A stretch of DNA of 64,000 bases. Origin: Acidimicrobiia bacterium (GTDB taxonomy: Bacteria; Actinomycetota; Acidimicrobiia; Spongiisociales; Spongiisociaceae). The notes below the pieces were generated by a model. That model made no database searches. It was not told the DNA's origin and saw nothing but the letters and a program-made list of their open reading frames with translations. This document shows positions 19,953 through 29,659 of this stretch, in pieces. Position 1 is the stretch's first letter; each line of letters starts with the position of its first letter. The DNA is taken from contig JBFGLM010000011.1 in NCBI GenBank assembly GCA_041576165.1, positions 1-64,000 of the forward strand. The letters run 5' to 3'. The position numbers were made by a program, and so were the translations under genes.

Positions 19953-20278
19953 CTAGTGCCCGTTGGACCCGCGGCTCATCAAGCCGGTCAAAACACCGTT
20001 GACGAAGGGCAACATTCCGGTCGGGCCCGAATCCCGATCCTTCATATGGACCGTGGTCGAGTTCGAGGCCTCAAAGATCTGACGAATGATGGCCAGCCTG
20101 GCCTCGAGGTCGATTCCTGCTCCCATGATCACGTGGTCGATCTGTTGGCGGCCATGACAGCGGTGACTTCATCCAGGCTGGTCCCGGCGAACAGCGCCAC
20201 ATCAGCGACTTCGAGGGCACTCTGGACATCGTCGAGCACGATGCCGGTCCGACCCAGGAGCAGAACGTTGGCGGTCAT
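19953..20278 (-). pseudogene. Frameshifted small hypothetical protein
   Basis: MTANVLLLGRTG..VMAAN breaks near 20142 and continues in another frame IDHVIMGAGIDLEARL..VHMKDRDSGPTGMLPFV..*; GGAGG RBS. Confidence 0.6.
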
Positions 20279-20540
20279 GAGCGGTTCCTCCCGTGATGTT
20301 CGACGCAGGACGTTGATACGTGGCCGGCGCCGGCCTCCCTTCCGCAGCTCCGTTTCCTTCAGCTCGGTGCTCCGACTCGCTGCTGCGCGGCACGGCCTCA
20401 CCCCAGCGCCTCCGACCTTACGTGGTCCAATTGCGAGCCGGCCTGCCCGGCCACAATCCCGATCAGGTTTCATTACCTCTCAGCGCGGGTAGAAATCAGG
20501 TTGTCACACCGACGCCGGCGCGCAACGAAGGGAGGCGATC

Positions 20541-21014
20541 GTGTCCATCCGGCCCCTGGCGTTCTTCTTGCCGCTCATCCTCATCGCAGCCGCGTGCAGC
20601 GACAACACGGTGGCCGAGCCCGACGCCAATACGACCAGCACCGCCCTGGGCGCAGGACCGTATGCGATCGCCGACCTCTCCGTGCAGTACACGCACCCCG
20701 ATCGCTCATTCACGTACCGGATCAGCTGCCAAGGCGATACCGCCAGCCTCACCGGCGACCCTGTCGACATCACCGCCGAGCAAGCATGCGTCGCGCTCGC
20801 GCAGCCAGAGATCGCCCAGCGCCTCATCGATGGTCCACCCGAAGGTCAGGCGTGCACCGAGATCTACGGCGGTCCCGATGTCGCCGAGATCTCGGGAACC
20901 ATCGACGGAGCAGCAGTTGAGACCACGGTCGACCGTGCCAACGGATGCGGCATCAACGATTGGGACGTCCTCCTGTCCGCCATCCTGCCTTCTGCGATCG
21001 GCGCCACCGAGTAG
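20541..21014 (+). CDS. Lipoprotein with SSI (Streptomyces subtilisin inhibitor)-like domain
   Basis: Lipobox IAAAC; CTEIYGGPDVAEISG..RANGCGINDWD with two Cys pairs. Confidence 0.7.
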   Translation: MSIRPLAFFLPLILIAAACSDNTVAEPDANTTSTALGAGPYAIADLSVQYTHPDRSFTYRISCQGDTASLTGDPVDITAEQACVALAQPEIAQRLIDGPPEGQACTEIYGGPDVAEISGTIDGAAVETTVDRANGCGINDWDVLLSAILPSAIGATE

Positions 21015-21046
21015 CGGGGCCGTGGATACCCACCTAGTGGCCGGGG

Positions 21047-21529
21047 TCACTCTCTGGCGGCCGTCTCGATCTCCTCGAGATCGATCTTCGACATCGGATT
21101 CATCGCCTCGAACGCTTTCTTGGCCCGCACCGGATCTGGGTCCGCCAGGAGTTCGACGAGGCGAGGTGAGACGACCTGCCACGAGACACCGAAGCGGTCT
21201 TTGAGCCAGCCGCACCTGCCTGGCTCTCCCCCTCCGGCGAGCAACGCGTCCCAGTAGAAGTCGATCTCGGCTTGGTCGGCACAATCGACAAGGAGAGAAA
21301 TGGCCTCGGTGAATGAGAACCCGGGATTTCCGTTGATGGCCGTGAAGGGTTGTCCGTCCAGTTCGAAATCGACGGTCACCGGTGTGCCGGCGAGGTGGGG
21401 GCCGCCGGGGATTGCGTCATGACGGGGCATCGTTGCGGTGACACGCGAGTTGGGAAAGATCTCGACGTAGAACCGGGCCGCCTCTTCGCCGTTTCCGTCA
21501 AACCAGAGAGTGGTTGTGATGCGCGGCAT
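21047..21529 (-). CDS. VOC family protein (PhnB / 3-demethylubiquinone-9 methyltransferase-like)
   Basis: ITTTLWFD, FSFTEAISL, CGWLKDRFGVSWQV. Confidence 0.9.
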   Translation of the reverse strand: MPRITTTLWFDGNGEEAARFYVEIFPNSRVTATMPRHDAIPGGPHLAGTPVTVDFELDGQPFTAINGNPGFSFTEAISLLVDCADQAEIDFYWDALLAGGGEPGRCGWLKDRFGVSWQVVSPRLVELLADPDPVRAKKAFEAMNPMSKIDLEEIETAARE

Positions 21530-21591
21530 GGTTCTCCTTCTGTAGCGCCATGCCCGGCCTCCGGCGGCCGGGTCGGATCCGCGCCGTCACG

Positions 21592-22089
21592 TCACACCGG
21601 CTGCTCGGCGAGGAGCGCGTCGATTTGACCGAGGGCCTGTTGGATGCCTTCTTCCATTCCCATCTCGAGCACCTGGGCCATGGCCTCGGTCGACGGGTAG
21701 CGGGACTCGATGCTCATGCGGGTGGTTCCGGCGCCACCGTCGTCGATCGACACGATTGTTTTGGATTGCGGCAGCTCGGCGTTCTCGTTCCCGTCGTCGT
21801 CGGCGAAGAAATCCTCGAACTCGAGACGGTGGGGTGCTTCGACCCGGACGACCCGCCATCCGCCGTGGTACCTCTGGCCGTCCGGACCGGTCATGAAGTA
21901 GCGAACTGTTCCCCCCGCCGTGAGATCATGGGCGGTCACGGTGGCAGGGTGCGAGGGAGGGCCCCACCAGCGTTCGAGCTGGCGTGGGTCGGCCCACAGC
22001 TGCCAGACGCGGGCGGCGGACGCCGGGTACTCGGCAGTGATCGTCAACCTGCCCGCATCGATGTCCTTCTCTAGATCCGTGATGGTCAT
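21592..22089 (-). CDS. SRPBCC (Aha1-like) domain protein
   Basis: VWQLWADPRQLERWWGP, GMEEGI..IDALL. Confidence 0.9.
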   Translation of the reverse strand: MTITDLEKDIDAGRLTITAEYPASAARVWQLWADPRQLERWWGPPSHPATVTAHDLTAGGTVRYFMTGPDGQRYHGGWRVVRVEAPHRLEFEDFFADDDGNENAELPQSKTIVSIDDGGAGTTRMSIESRYPSTEAMAQVLEMGMEEGIQQALGQIDALLAEQPV

Positions 22090-22436
22090 ATCGGCTCTCC
22101 TTCCGGGAGTTCAGTAAGCGCCTCACCAAATCGATCCAGTCGTTGGCGCCACATGACTTCCAGCTCATCGAGGATCTCGTGAGCGGTCTGGAGGGGCGCC
22201 TGTTCAGTCGCGACGATCTGCTCTCGCCCCCGCCGCTCCTTGCGGACTAGTCCAGCCGACTCGAGCACAGCCACGTGCTTCTGGACTGCGGTCACACTCA
22301 TCGGGTACGACCGGGCCAGCGCTGAGACGGAGAGGTCGCCGAGTGCTGCACGCACGACGATGTCGCGTCGAGTCGCATCTGCCAGCGCGTGGAAAAGGCG
22401 GTCGATCTCGTCAGCGCTCGGATGATCTACAACCAT
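22086..22436 (-). CDS. ArsR/SmtB family transcriptional regulator
   Basis: FHALADATRRDI, VQKHVAVLESAGLV. Confidence 0.92.
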   Translation of the reverse strand: MVVDHPSADEIDRLFHALADATRRDIVVRAALGDLSVSALARSYPMSVTAVQKHVAVLESAGLVRKERRGREQIVATEQAPLQTAHEILDELEVMWRQRLDRFGEALTELPEGEPI

Positions 22437-22448
22437 TTGGTTGTAGAT
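22425..22448. promoter_or_regulatory. ArsR operator palindrome overlapping the start codon
   Basis: Perfect 11-2-11 inverted repeat ATCTACAACCA-TT-TGGTTGTAGAT. Confidence 0.75.
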
Positions 22449-22593
22449 TATGCCATCACGAGATCACTGCAAGATCGGCCGTCAGTGACTCTTCAGGCGG
22501 CACTCGTCGTGACCGCCAGGATCGAATCATGCGTGGATGTCTGTTTCGGTTGCACCAGATCGTCGTAGCGGTGATGACGACACGGGAGACACG

Positions 22594-23417
22594 GTGGATC
22601 GTGACATCCGGATGAGCACGTTCAGCCTACCGGCCGGCCAAATGAGTTATCGCGATGTCGGCGAAGGGCCGCCTGTGGTGTTCGTCCATGGCAACCCGTC
22701 GAGCTCCGCCGAGTTCCGGCCCGCCATCGATCAGCTGGCCCCGACCCGCAGGTGCATTGCGCCCGACCACTTCGGCTTTGGCCACTCTGAAAAGCCATCG
22801 GACTGCCGACCAGCCACGCTGCGAACCTCGCCGCACGCACTCAATGCGCTACGTCACGATGGTTGTCGGCGACTGGGGTGGGCCGATCGGGCTTGCGTGG
22901 GCGAGGGCCAATCCCGACCGCCTCCGGGCGCCGGTCATCACCAACACCTGGCTGTGGCCGGTCAATCGGTCGCTGTGTAACCAGGGCTTCAGCAAGGTCA
23001 TGGGCGGCCCCATCGGCCGGCACTTGACGCGACGCCATGACTTCTTTGCCGGCCAGGTAGTGAAGGCGGCATGGGGGAAGGCCACGCCGCTGACCTCCGA
23101 GTTGCATGCTGAGTTCACATCGGTTCACCGGACGCCCGGTGACCGGAAAGGCATGTGGGTGTTCCCCCAGCAGATCGTCGGCGGCGTCGTCGTGGCTGGC
23201 GTCACTGTGGGCCCATCGAGACACCCTTCGCAAGCATCACATGACGCTGCTGTGGGGCATGCGCGATATCGCCTTTCGGCCAAACATCCTCGAGATCTGG
23301 GAACGCACCTTCCCCCATGCCCGGATCATTCGCCTCGAAAACGTGGGTCACTTTCCCGCCCTGGAAGCAACCGACCGACTGGTCGCAGCGGTTCGATTCC
23401 AGACCTCAGCTCGCTGA
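22594..23417 (+). pseudogene. Haloalkane-dehalogenase-like alpha/beta hydrolase, multiply frameshifted
   Basis: HGNPSSS and PDHFGFGHSEKP in one frame; GDWGGPIG in a second; WGMRDIAF..VGHF in a third. Confidence 0.8.
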
Positions 23418-23457
23418 CCCAGCGATTACCTCCAGGCGCCTCCCGTTGATTCAATGC

Positions 23458-24402
23458 TCAAGCCGGTTTGACAGGTGTCTCGAAGCCTGCCGGCTTGACC
23501 GCAAGCACAGAGCATCGAACCGAGCGGAGGATTGTCTCGGCCGTGTTACCCATGATCAAGCCGCTCAACCCGGTCCGAGCCACCGTACCCATCACAACCA
23601 ACCCTGCGTGCAAACCCTCGGCCAGTTGGGGCAGAACCTCCCCGGCTTCACCGCTCACGAGGTGTACCGCAGCGCCGACATCATCGACCCCGTGTCGTTG
23701 CAGCAGGAGATCCAGCTGTCGGCGATGGCGTGTCTCGACCGTTTCGACCATGAGGTCCACCAGCGTGCCTGGGAGCGCTACGTACGGCGACGATCGCAAT
23801 GTCGACTCCCCGGCCAGCTCCCAGGCGTGGCCGATGTGGAGCTCGCCTCCCTCGCGCGTGCACACCGAGAGCGCCAGCTCCAATACGAGGTCGTTCAGGC
23901 TGTCCCGCACCGGATCTTCGCTGTCAGGGTCGACCAGCGCCAGAACCCGAAACCCGTCGTCCGGCTTTGGGCGCATGACCCATACCGGCACCGGACATTT
24001 GCGTAGCATATGCATCACTCCGCGGCCGAACTGCGGCACCTCCCACTCCTCGACCTTGCGGCCTCCCACGATCACCAGGTCGTTGCCGTGCCTCAGCACG
24101 TGCCGGATCACCTCGATGAAGGGCTCGCCCACGACGGCCTTCACTTCGACGTCTGACCCGCCCTCGGCGCCTTCGACGAGCTCCCGTAACCATTCTTCGC
24201 GGTGTCGCATCAGCTCGCCTTGCACGTCCACGACCTGTCCGTTGACCGTCGTCTGCCGCCAGAGTCGTGACACCGGCTCAATGACGTCGATCAGCGTGAG
24301 CCGAGCATCGTTTGCTTCGGCAAGCTCGAACGCAGCATGCAACGTGCTGGTCTCGAGGTGTCCCGGCGACGCCGAAACGAGGATGTTTTCGAACCGGTCC
24401 AT
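23458..24402 (-). CDS. Universal stress protein (tandem USP, UspE-like)
   Basis: LRKCPVPVWV; MGTVARTGLSGLIMGNTAETILRSVRCSVLAVKP. Confidence 0.92.
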   Translation of the reverse strand: MDRFENILVSASPGHLETSTLHAAFELAEANDARLTLIDVIEPVSRLWRQTTVNGQVVDVQGELMRHREEWLRELVEGAEGGSDVEVKAVVGEPFIEVIRHVLRHGNDLVIVGGRKVEEWEVPQFGRGVMHMLRKCPVPVWVMRPKPDDGFRVLALVDPDSEDPVRDSLNDLVLELALSVCTREGGELHIGHAWELAGESTLRSSPYVALPGTLVDLMVETVETRHRRQLDLLLQRHGVDDVGAAVHLVSGEAGEVLPQLAEGLHAGLVVMGTVARTGLSGLIMGNTAETILRSVRCSVLAVKPAGFETPVKPA

Positions 24403-24774
24403 GTACTCGTCAAGCCTTTCGCAGGTGGATTACTGATGCCGTGTCCCAGTCGACCCGGTGCGCCGCCTGCACGGATCCGCCACCCGGCCACGCACCCCTG
24501 ACCAGGTAACGATACGTCGCCTGCCCTGGGCACTTCGGCCGGCGTCACCGGACGTCTCTTGCGATCGGGTCACGGTACCAGCCGCTGCGGCAGCTCTTTC
24601 TTCTCTCTCTTCCACGGGGGGCGTTCCCTGGCCGGGTTGACCGGCCCCACCCCCCGGTTCGGCCGCGGCTCGATCGATGAGAGATCTCCGGCTGCTTCGT
24701 CGGGGGACGACGTCATGGAACGCTAACAACCGATCATCCGTCGCGCTCCGACGCGGCCCGCCTGCGCTGGCTCA

Positions 24775-25269
24775 TCAGGCCGCGCGATCTCCAAGGGCGT
24801 AACGGTAGGAGGCGAGGATCAGCTGCCAAACCGTCTCCAGTTCGCGACGATTTCGGGGGCCGAAGATCAGCATCGTGCCGCTGATCGGATGGGGTTCGCC
24901 CCAGCCTTGCTCGATCGCAGCGGACTTGACCGGGTCGGGCAGCGTCATGTGCAGGCTTCCGTCGCCGGGCGGGTGGATGTGCGCGAACTCCGTCCGGCAC
25001 TGAAAGGCGCCTTCGGGTCCCTTCGCCATCTCCGGGTCGAGATGTAACGCGCGAGCCCCAGGCACCGACACGCAGCTGTTGGAGAGGGTGACCCCGGCGA
25101 GGGTCGCGGCTCGGGCGGCGAGCTCGTCCTGCAGCTCAACCGGGGCGTTCTGGGTGATTTGTTGATGCGGATACGCCTGGTGGCGATTTGGAGCGGTGGT
25201 GATCGCACGCTCACCGTCTCGCTGTGGAAGGATCGGCTGGGTCGGGTCGATGGGTTGCGCAAACTCCAT
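24775..25269 (-). CDS. Luciferase-domain (DUF5519-like) protein
   Basis: PHQQITQNAP, EFAHIHPPGDGSLHMTLP, GWGEPHP, FGPRNRRE; 1-nt overlap with the MarR stop. Confidence 0.75.
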   Translation of the reverse strand: MEFAQPIDPTQPILPQRDGERAITTAPNRHQAYPHQQITQNAPVELQDELAARAATLAGVTLSNSCVSVPGARALHLDPEMAKGPEGAFQCRTEFAHIHPPGDGSLHMTLPDPVKSAAIEQGWGEPHPISGTMLIFGPRNRRELETVWQLILASYRYALGDRAA

Positions 25270-25790
25270 CAGGCCGCACCTTCTCGGCTCGGCGCAGGCT
25301 GATCGACCACCGCGTGGTGCAACACACGCAGGAGGCCGATGAGCTCTTTTTGCTGCGTCGGATCGAGGGCGGAAATGATGGCGAGCTCGTTGGCGGCGTG
25401 ATCCACCAGGGCTGCGTCGATCGTCTTCATGCCCTTCTTCGTGAGTGTGACCAGCACCTGGCGGCCGTCGGAGGGGCTCTTGGCGCGCTTCACGAAGCCG
25501 CGCTGCTCTAGGCGGTCAATCCGGTTGGTCATGGCCCCAGACGTGATCATCATCGACTCGAGAAGCTCGCCCGGGGTGAGCTGGTGTGGTGGTCCGTTGC
25601 GCAGCAGGGTTGCGAGCACGTCGAACTCCCACGACTCGAGGTCGTGCTGGGCGAACACCGCATTCAGACGGGGACGGATGACCTTCTCCAGCCTGCTTAT
25701 CCGTCCAATGACCGCCATCCCCGAGACATCCACGTCGGGCCGTTCTCTGTTCCACTGACCGACGATCGCATCTACGTGATCAGGCTCCAC
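25269..25790 (-). CDS. pecS: MarR family regulator, PecS/UrtR type
   Basis: DHVDAIVGQWNRERPD, WEFDVLATL, SGAMTNRIDRLE; divergent from an EamA gene. Confidence 0.75.
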   Translation of the reverse strand: MEPDHVDAIVGQWNRERPDVDVSGMAVIGRISRLEKVIRPRLNAVFAQHDLESWEFDVLATLLRNGPPHQLTPGELLESMMITSGAMTNRIDRLEQRGFVKRAKSPSDGRQVLVTLTKKGMKTIDAALVDHAANELAIISALDPTQQKELIGLLRVLHHAVVDQPAPSREGAA

Positions 25791-25810
25791 AGCGTCACCT
25801 TATCACGATT

Positions 25811-25882
25811 TCCCTCAACATTGAGAGATTATATCTTGACATAAAGATAACCAACCAGATAATTTCTCTTCATGTTGAGATA
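25811..25882. promoter_or_regulatory. Three imperfect 18-bp palindromes, PecS-type operators
   Basis: TCCCTCAACATTGAGAGA (25811), TATCTTGACATAAAGATA (25832), TCTCTTCATGTTGAGATA (25865) in an AT-rich divergent promoter region. Confidence 0.7.
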
Positions 25883-26011
25883 TTATCCCATGAGATCCAA
25901 ACGGCCAGGCGCACGGTCCGTGACCGCCGACGGCGCCTCTCGCGACCCATCACCGAATACGCGGCCCGCCTTGCTCGTTCGGGCCGAGCATTCCGCAGGC
26001 TCGGTGGCGTC

Positions 26012-27055
26012 ATGACTGCGTTGGCCAACACCGCTCGCGTTCCACAATCCGTCGCGATGACGGCCCTTACACCGGCTGTGTGGGGCACAACTTACGCCGT
26101 AGCGACCGAGCTCCTCCCTGCCGGACGGCCCATGCTCGCTGCGGCAGTCCGAGCGCTGCCGGTCGGTTTGGCGTTTGTGCTGTGGTCCCGGCGGCTTCCC
26201 ACCGGCGCATGGTGGTGGCGAGCCGCGGTGCTCGGCGTGATGAACATCGGCGCCTTCTTTGCCTTGCTGTTCGTCGCTGCCTTCCGACTGCCGGGTGGCG
26301 TGGCCGCTACCGCCGGCGCGATCCAACCGCTGGTTGCGGCGGGTATCGCAGCGCTCGTGCTGGGCGAGGCTTTTACTCGCCGCACTGCCGCAGCCGGCGT
26401 TGCAGGCATCGCCGGCGTGGCCATGCTGGTTCTCCGGCCTGGCGCGGCGCTTGATCCGGCCGGCATCGTCGCCGCCATCGCCGGCACAATCACCATGGCG
26501 ACCGGGGTCGTGCTCACCAAGCATTGGGGACGCCCCGTCGATCTCATAGCGTTCACCGGCTGGCAGCTGACGGCCGGCGGCCTGGTGCTCGTACCGATCG
26601 TCCTGGTCACCGAAGGTCTCCCCAATACGGTCACAGCCACCAACGTGGCCGGATTCGCTTGGCTCGCAATCGTCGGCACCGGCCTCGCCTACGCCAACTG
26701 GTTCCGCGGAATCCAGGCCCTCCCAGTGGCTGTCACCAGCTTCCTTGCCCTCTTGAGCCCTCTCGTGGCCACCATCGCCGGCTGGGCCATCCTCGACCAG
26801 TCGCTCGCTCCGCTGCAGCTGGCCGGTGCCGTGCTCGTGGTCGCTGCCGTCGTTCTTCCTCAACTCGCTCACGGAGGCGCCATCTCCCAACCCAACGCCG
26901 ATACGACTGACGCCCATCGCAAGTCCCCCGATGGCGTCGATCCGTTGTCCGTCGGCGGACAACTATGCGCCACCGACGGATCGGTAGGTGTGTTGGGAAG
27001 CAGCAGGTCGGCTCATGTTGATTGCCGACGGACGGAGATGAGCGGAGCGGATTGA
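26012..27055 (+). CDS. pecM: EamA/DMT exporter, PecM-like
   Basis: WGTTYAVATELLP, AFRLPGGVAAT, LTKHWGRP, WQLTAGG. Confidence 0.8.
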   Translation: MTALANTARVPQSVAMTALTPAVWGTTYAVATELLPAGRPMLAAAVRALPVGLAFVLWSRRLPTGAWWWRAAVLGVMNIGAFFALLFVAAFRLPGGVAATAGAIQPLVAAGIAALVLGEAFTRRTAAAGVAGIAGVAMLVLRPGAALDPAGIVAAIAGTITMATGVVLTKHWGRPVDLIAFTGWQLTAGGLVLVPIVLVTEGLPNTVTATNVAGFAWLAIVGTGLAYANWFRGIQALPVAVTSFLALLSPLVATIAGWAILDQSLAPLQLAGAVLVVAAVVLPQLAHGGAISQPNADTTDAHRKSPDGVDPLSVGGQLCATDGSVGVLGSSRSAHVDCRRTEMSGAD

Positions 27056-27309
27056 GCGGGTTTGTGCTTTCCGGGTTGATCTTCCTCGTCGCCGGCACTC
27101 GGTCGGGTGATTTGCCGACGGTCACTGCCTGCCTGGTGTGGATCGTGGCGTGCACCATCTGGGCCGTTGCTCTTCTACGCGCCGAAGTCATCCACCGACT
27201 CTCGGCAGCCGGGGATCAACTGGTCGAGCGCCGGTCGGACCTGTCCACGCCCTGGTCAGTCCGGCGGCCCGAGAATCCCGAGATTGGGAATGAACGGGCC
27301 TACCGCTGA
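27022..27309 (+). CDS. Possible small 2-TM protein or remnant
   Basis: GFVLSGLIFLVAGTRSGDLPTVTACLVWIVAC hydrophobic pair; start unclear and overlaps neighbours. Confidence 0.3.
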   Translation: MPTDGDERSGLSGFVLSGLIFLVAGTRSGDLPTVTACLVWIVACTIWAVALLRAEVIHRLSAAGDQLVERRSDLSTPWSVRRPENPEIGNERAYR

Positions 27310-27756
27310 GCGGTAGCGGGACGAGATTGCGGCCAACGCCTGTGCGGTGTGGTTCAGATCGTGGACGGCCCATGTGGCCAGGATCTGATCGACGGTCACC
27401 GGTCCCAGCTCTCGATGGACCGCAGTCGTGTCGCGCAAATCGAGACGACGCAGGTGATCGAGGTTGGTGGCGCGGAGCTCGGCGAATCGATCGAGCATCT
27501 CGCCGACGCGGCGGCTCGGATCTGGCCCGCCCCGGTTGATCTGCGGGAGCTGACTCCCGGGATGCTCCAATGCGTGTTCGATCCGCTGCACCCAGGCGTG
27601 ATCTTCCACTGTCACCAGATGGACGAGCACCGCGTGGGCCGACCACTCTCCAGGGTCGGCAGCCTCCAGCCACATTTCGGGCAGTCCGTCGTACAGCGAG
27701 TGGAGCACCGCGGGTGCCCGCTCGAGCAGGGCGACTGCCTCATCGGGTCTGACCAT
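27256..27756 (-). CDS. DinB family protein
   Basis: WSAHAVLVHL, HRELGPVT..TWAVHDLNHTAQ. Confidence 0.85.
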   Translation of the reverse strand: MVRPDEAVALLERAPAVLHSLYDGLPEMWLEAADPGEWSAHAVLVHLVTVEDHAWVQRIEHALEHPGSQLPQINRGGPDPSRRVGEMLDRFAELRATNLDHLRRLDLRDTTAVHRELGPVTVDQILATWAVHDLNHTAQALAAISSRYRSAVGPFIPNLGILGPPD

Positions 27757-27809
27757 GCAGGCAAACTACCAAGCGGAACTGGGCCCGAGGACGACAGCGT
27801 CGAGTTCGT

Positions 27810-28376
27810 TCAGTCTTCGTCCGAGCCGGCCGGCGCCGGGTGGAACCGTTGGAGATGACGGGTGCTCAAGATCAGCCCAGCCACCAGGCCGGTTATGAGG
27901 AGGGCGGTGGTGAACAGGGTGCGAACCGGGGCGAGTGACGACACGAGGAACCCTGCCATCGCGGTGGCGAGCGATAGCGCCACAACCGTAGCCACCTCGT
28001 GGACACGCCGCGCCGCGAATCCGTGAGATCGTTGTGCTCCGTCCCGGCGCTCGATGGCGTCCCACGCCAGCTCTGCTGCGATGTACCAGAGGCAGCCCAG
28101 AACGGTCGCTCGGACCCAGGTCGGCTCGCCCGCCACCGCCGATGCGACCAGTGCGCCCCCCAGCACCGGCACTGTCGCCACTCCCACGAGGCGAGCCGAT
28201 CCAAGCACGAGTGCAATTGAGAGTGTGGCGACACCCACCACTGCCAGCCGCCCGGCGATCCGGGTCTGGGCGGCTGACGACACGGCGACGACCGACGCGA
28301 TTCCGATGGTCAACACGACCGCTGCAGCCGCTTGGAACCAGCCCGTCCGAGCCCGCGTGCGGACCATGCCCGTCAT
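27810..28376 (-). CDS. Membrane protein, last gene of the MoxR operon
   Basis: About 5 hydrophobic segments; ATGA overlap with DUF58. Confidence 0.7.
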   Translation of the reverse strand: MTGMVRTRARTGWFQAAAAVVLTIGIASVVAVSSAAQTRIAGRLAVVGVATLSIALVLGSARLVGVATVPVLGGALVASAVAGEPTWVRATVLGCLWYIAAELAWDAIERRDGAQRSHGFAARRVHEVATVVALSLATAMAGFLVSSLAPVRTLFTTALLITGLVAGLILSTRHLQRFHPAPAGSDED

Positions 28377-29659
28377 CGCCGACCGGCCCGTAGGGTCCGG
28401 CGCCGGCGACGGATGAGTTCCCGAAGCGTCAGGTCCAGATGTTCGCCGGATCGCCACCCCACCACGGCTATACCGTGCTCGGCCAGCTTGTCGCGAACGA
28501 CCTGGCGTTCGGCCTCCCACATCCGGTGAGCTACCGCCTGCAGGGGATCATCTACGCCGGCCGTGCCGGCGGCGAGTGGATCACATTCGATCACACCGAC
28601 GTCGTGTCCGCGCCCACCCAGCACGAACAGCGCATCGATGAATCGGTCGTCGAGCAGCGGGGTGAGGGCGATGACGAAAGAACGGGGCGGGAGCACCCGG
28701 GGTGGAACCCCGTGCAGGTCCCGGTCCGCAGCATTGGCATAGAGGCCCGTCGAGAGCAGCACATCCGTCAAGCGCTGCAGGTGAAGCCGCCCCGCTCCGG
28801 GAGTAACCCAGCGAACCACACCGCCCAGCTCGACCAATCCGACTCGATCGGTGACGGCCAGGTGGCTCTCCGCAAGGGCCACCGCGGCTTCGATCGCAAG
28901 TCCAACAACGGTACGGACGTCGTGCCGAGACTCGATGAACGAGTCCAGCAACAGCACCACGTCCGTGGCGCGATCGGGGTGGCGTTCAGAAACCCACAAT
29001 TCCGTAGAGCGGGCGCTCACCCGCCAGTTGATATCTCGCAGCGAATCGCCGGATGAGTATTCGCGCACGTCCGCGTACTCGACTCCGCTGCCAACGGCCC
29101 TAGAGAGGTGCGCGCCCGACACCCGGCGTACGAACCAGGGCGCCAGCAGGTTTTGCAGCTCCGTCTGGTTGGGGTGGACCCGGACCTTCACCCACTGGCC
29201 GGCTTCGGCGCGCTGTCGAAACAAGCCGTACGGTTCCGTCATTTCGATGTCCACTCGCCCCAGGTCGTACGTTCCCCATCGCGACGCCGTCAGCGAACAG
29301 GAAACGGTCGCCGCCCCGTCGACTAGCACGTCGTGTGCTGCCGGCTGCCGGCCGTCACTGTCACCGCCGGGCGGCCACAATGCCGGTCCGGACAAACACG
29401 TAACCCGCAACGTACCGGCGCAACCCGCTACTGACGTCCGCACCTCCACATCGTCACCCACCAGTACTCGCACCGGACCGACCTCGACGGAGGCGCGCAC
29501 GTCGCTCGGTCGCCGGTTCATGAATCCCAGCACGAGCAGCGCGACCCAGGGGGTCACCAACACGGCGGCTTCTGGCAGCCCTGCCAGCAGCGCAACAAGC
29601 GCTCCGGCGGCGGCGGCCACGATCGCTACGAGGAGACGATCGGTCGCGCGGGGCCTCAC
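28373..29659 (-). CDS. DUF58 (vWA-like) protein
   Basis: GVEYADVREYSSGDSLRDINWRVSAR, LLLDS, DRVGL; GTGA overlap with the MoxR stop. Confidence 0.9.
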   Translation of the reverse strand: MRPRATDRLLVAIVAAAAGALVALLAGLPEAAVLVTPWVALLVLGFMNRRPSDVRASVEVGPVRVLVGDDVEVRTSVAGCAGTLRVTCLSGPALWPPGGDSDGRQPAAHDVLVDGAATVSCSLTASRWGTYDLGRVDIEMTEPYGLFRQRAEAGQWVKVRVHPNQTELQNLLAPWFVRRVSGAHLSRAVGSGVEYADVREYSSGDSLRDINWRVSARSTELWVSERHPDRATDVVLLLDSFIESRHDVRTVVGLAIEAAVALAESHLAVTDRVGLVELGGVVRWVTPGAGRLHLQRLTDVLLSTGLYANAADRDLHGVPPRVLPPRSFVIALTPLLDDRFIDALFVLGGRGHDVGVIECDPLAAGTAGVDDPLQAVAHRMWEAERQVVRDKLAEHGIAVVGWRSGEHLDLTLRELIRRRRRTLRAGRR

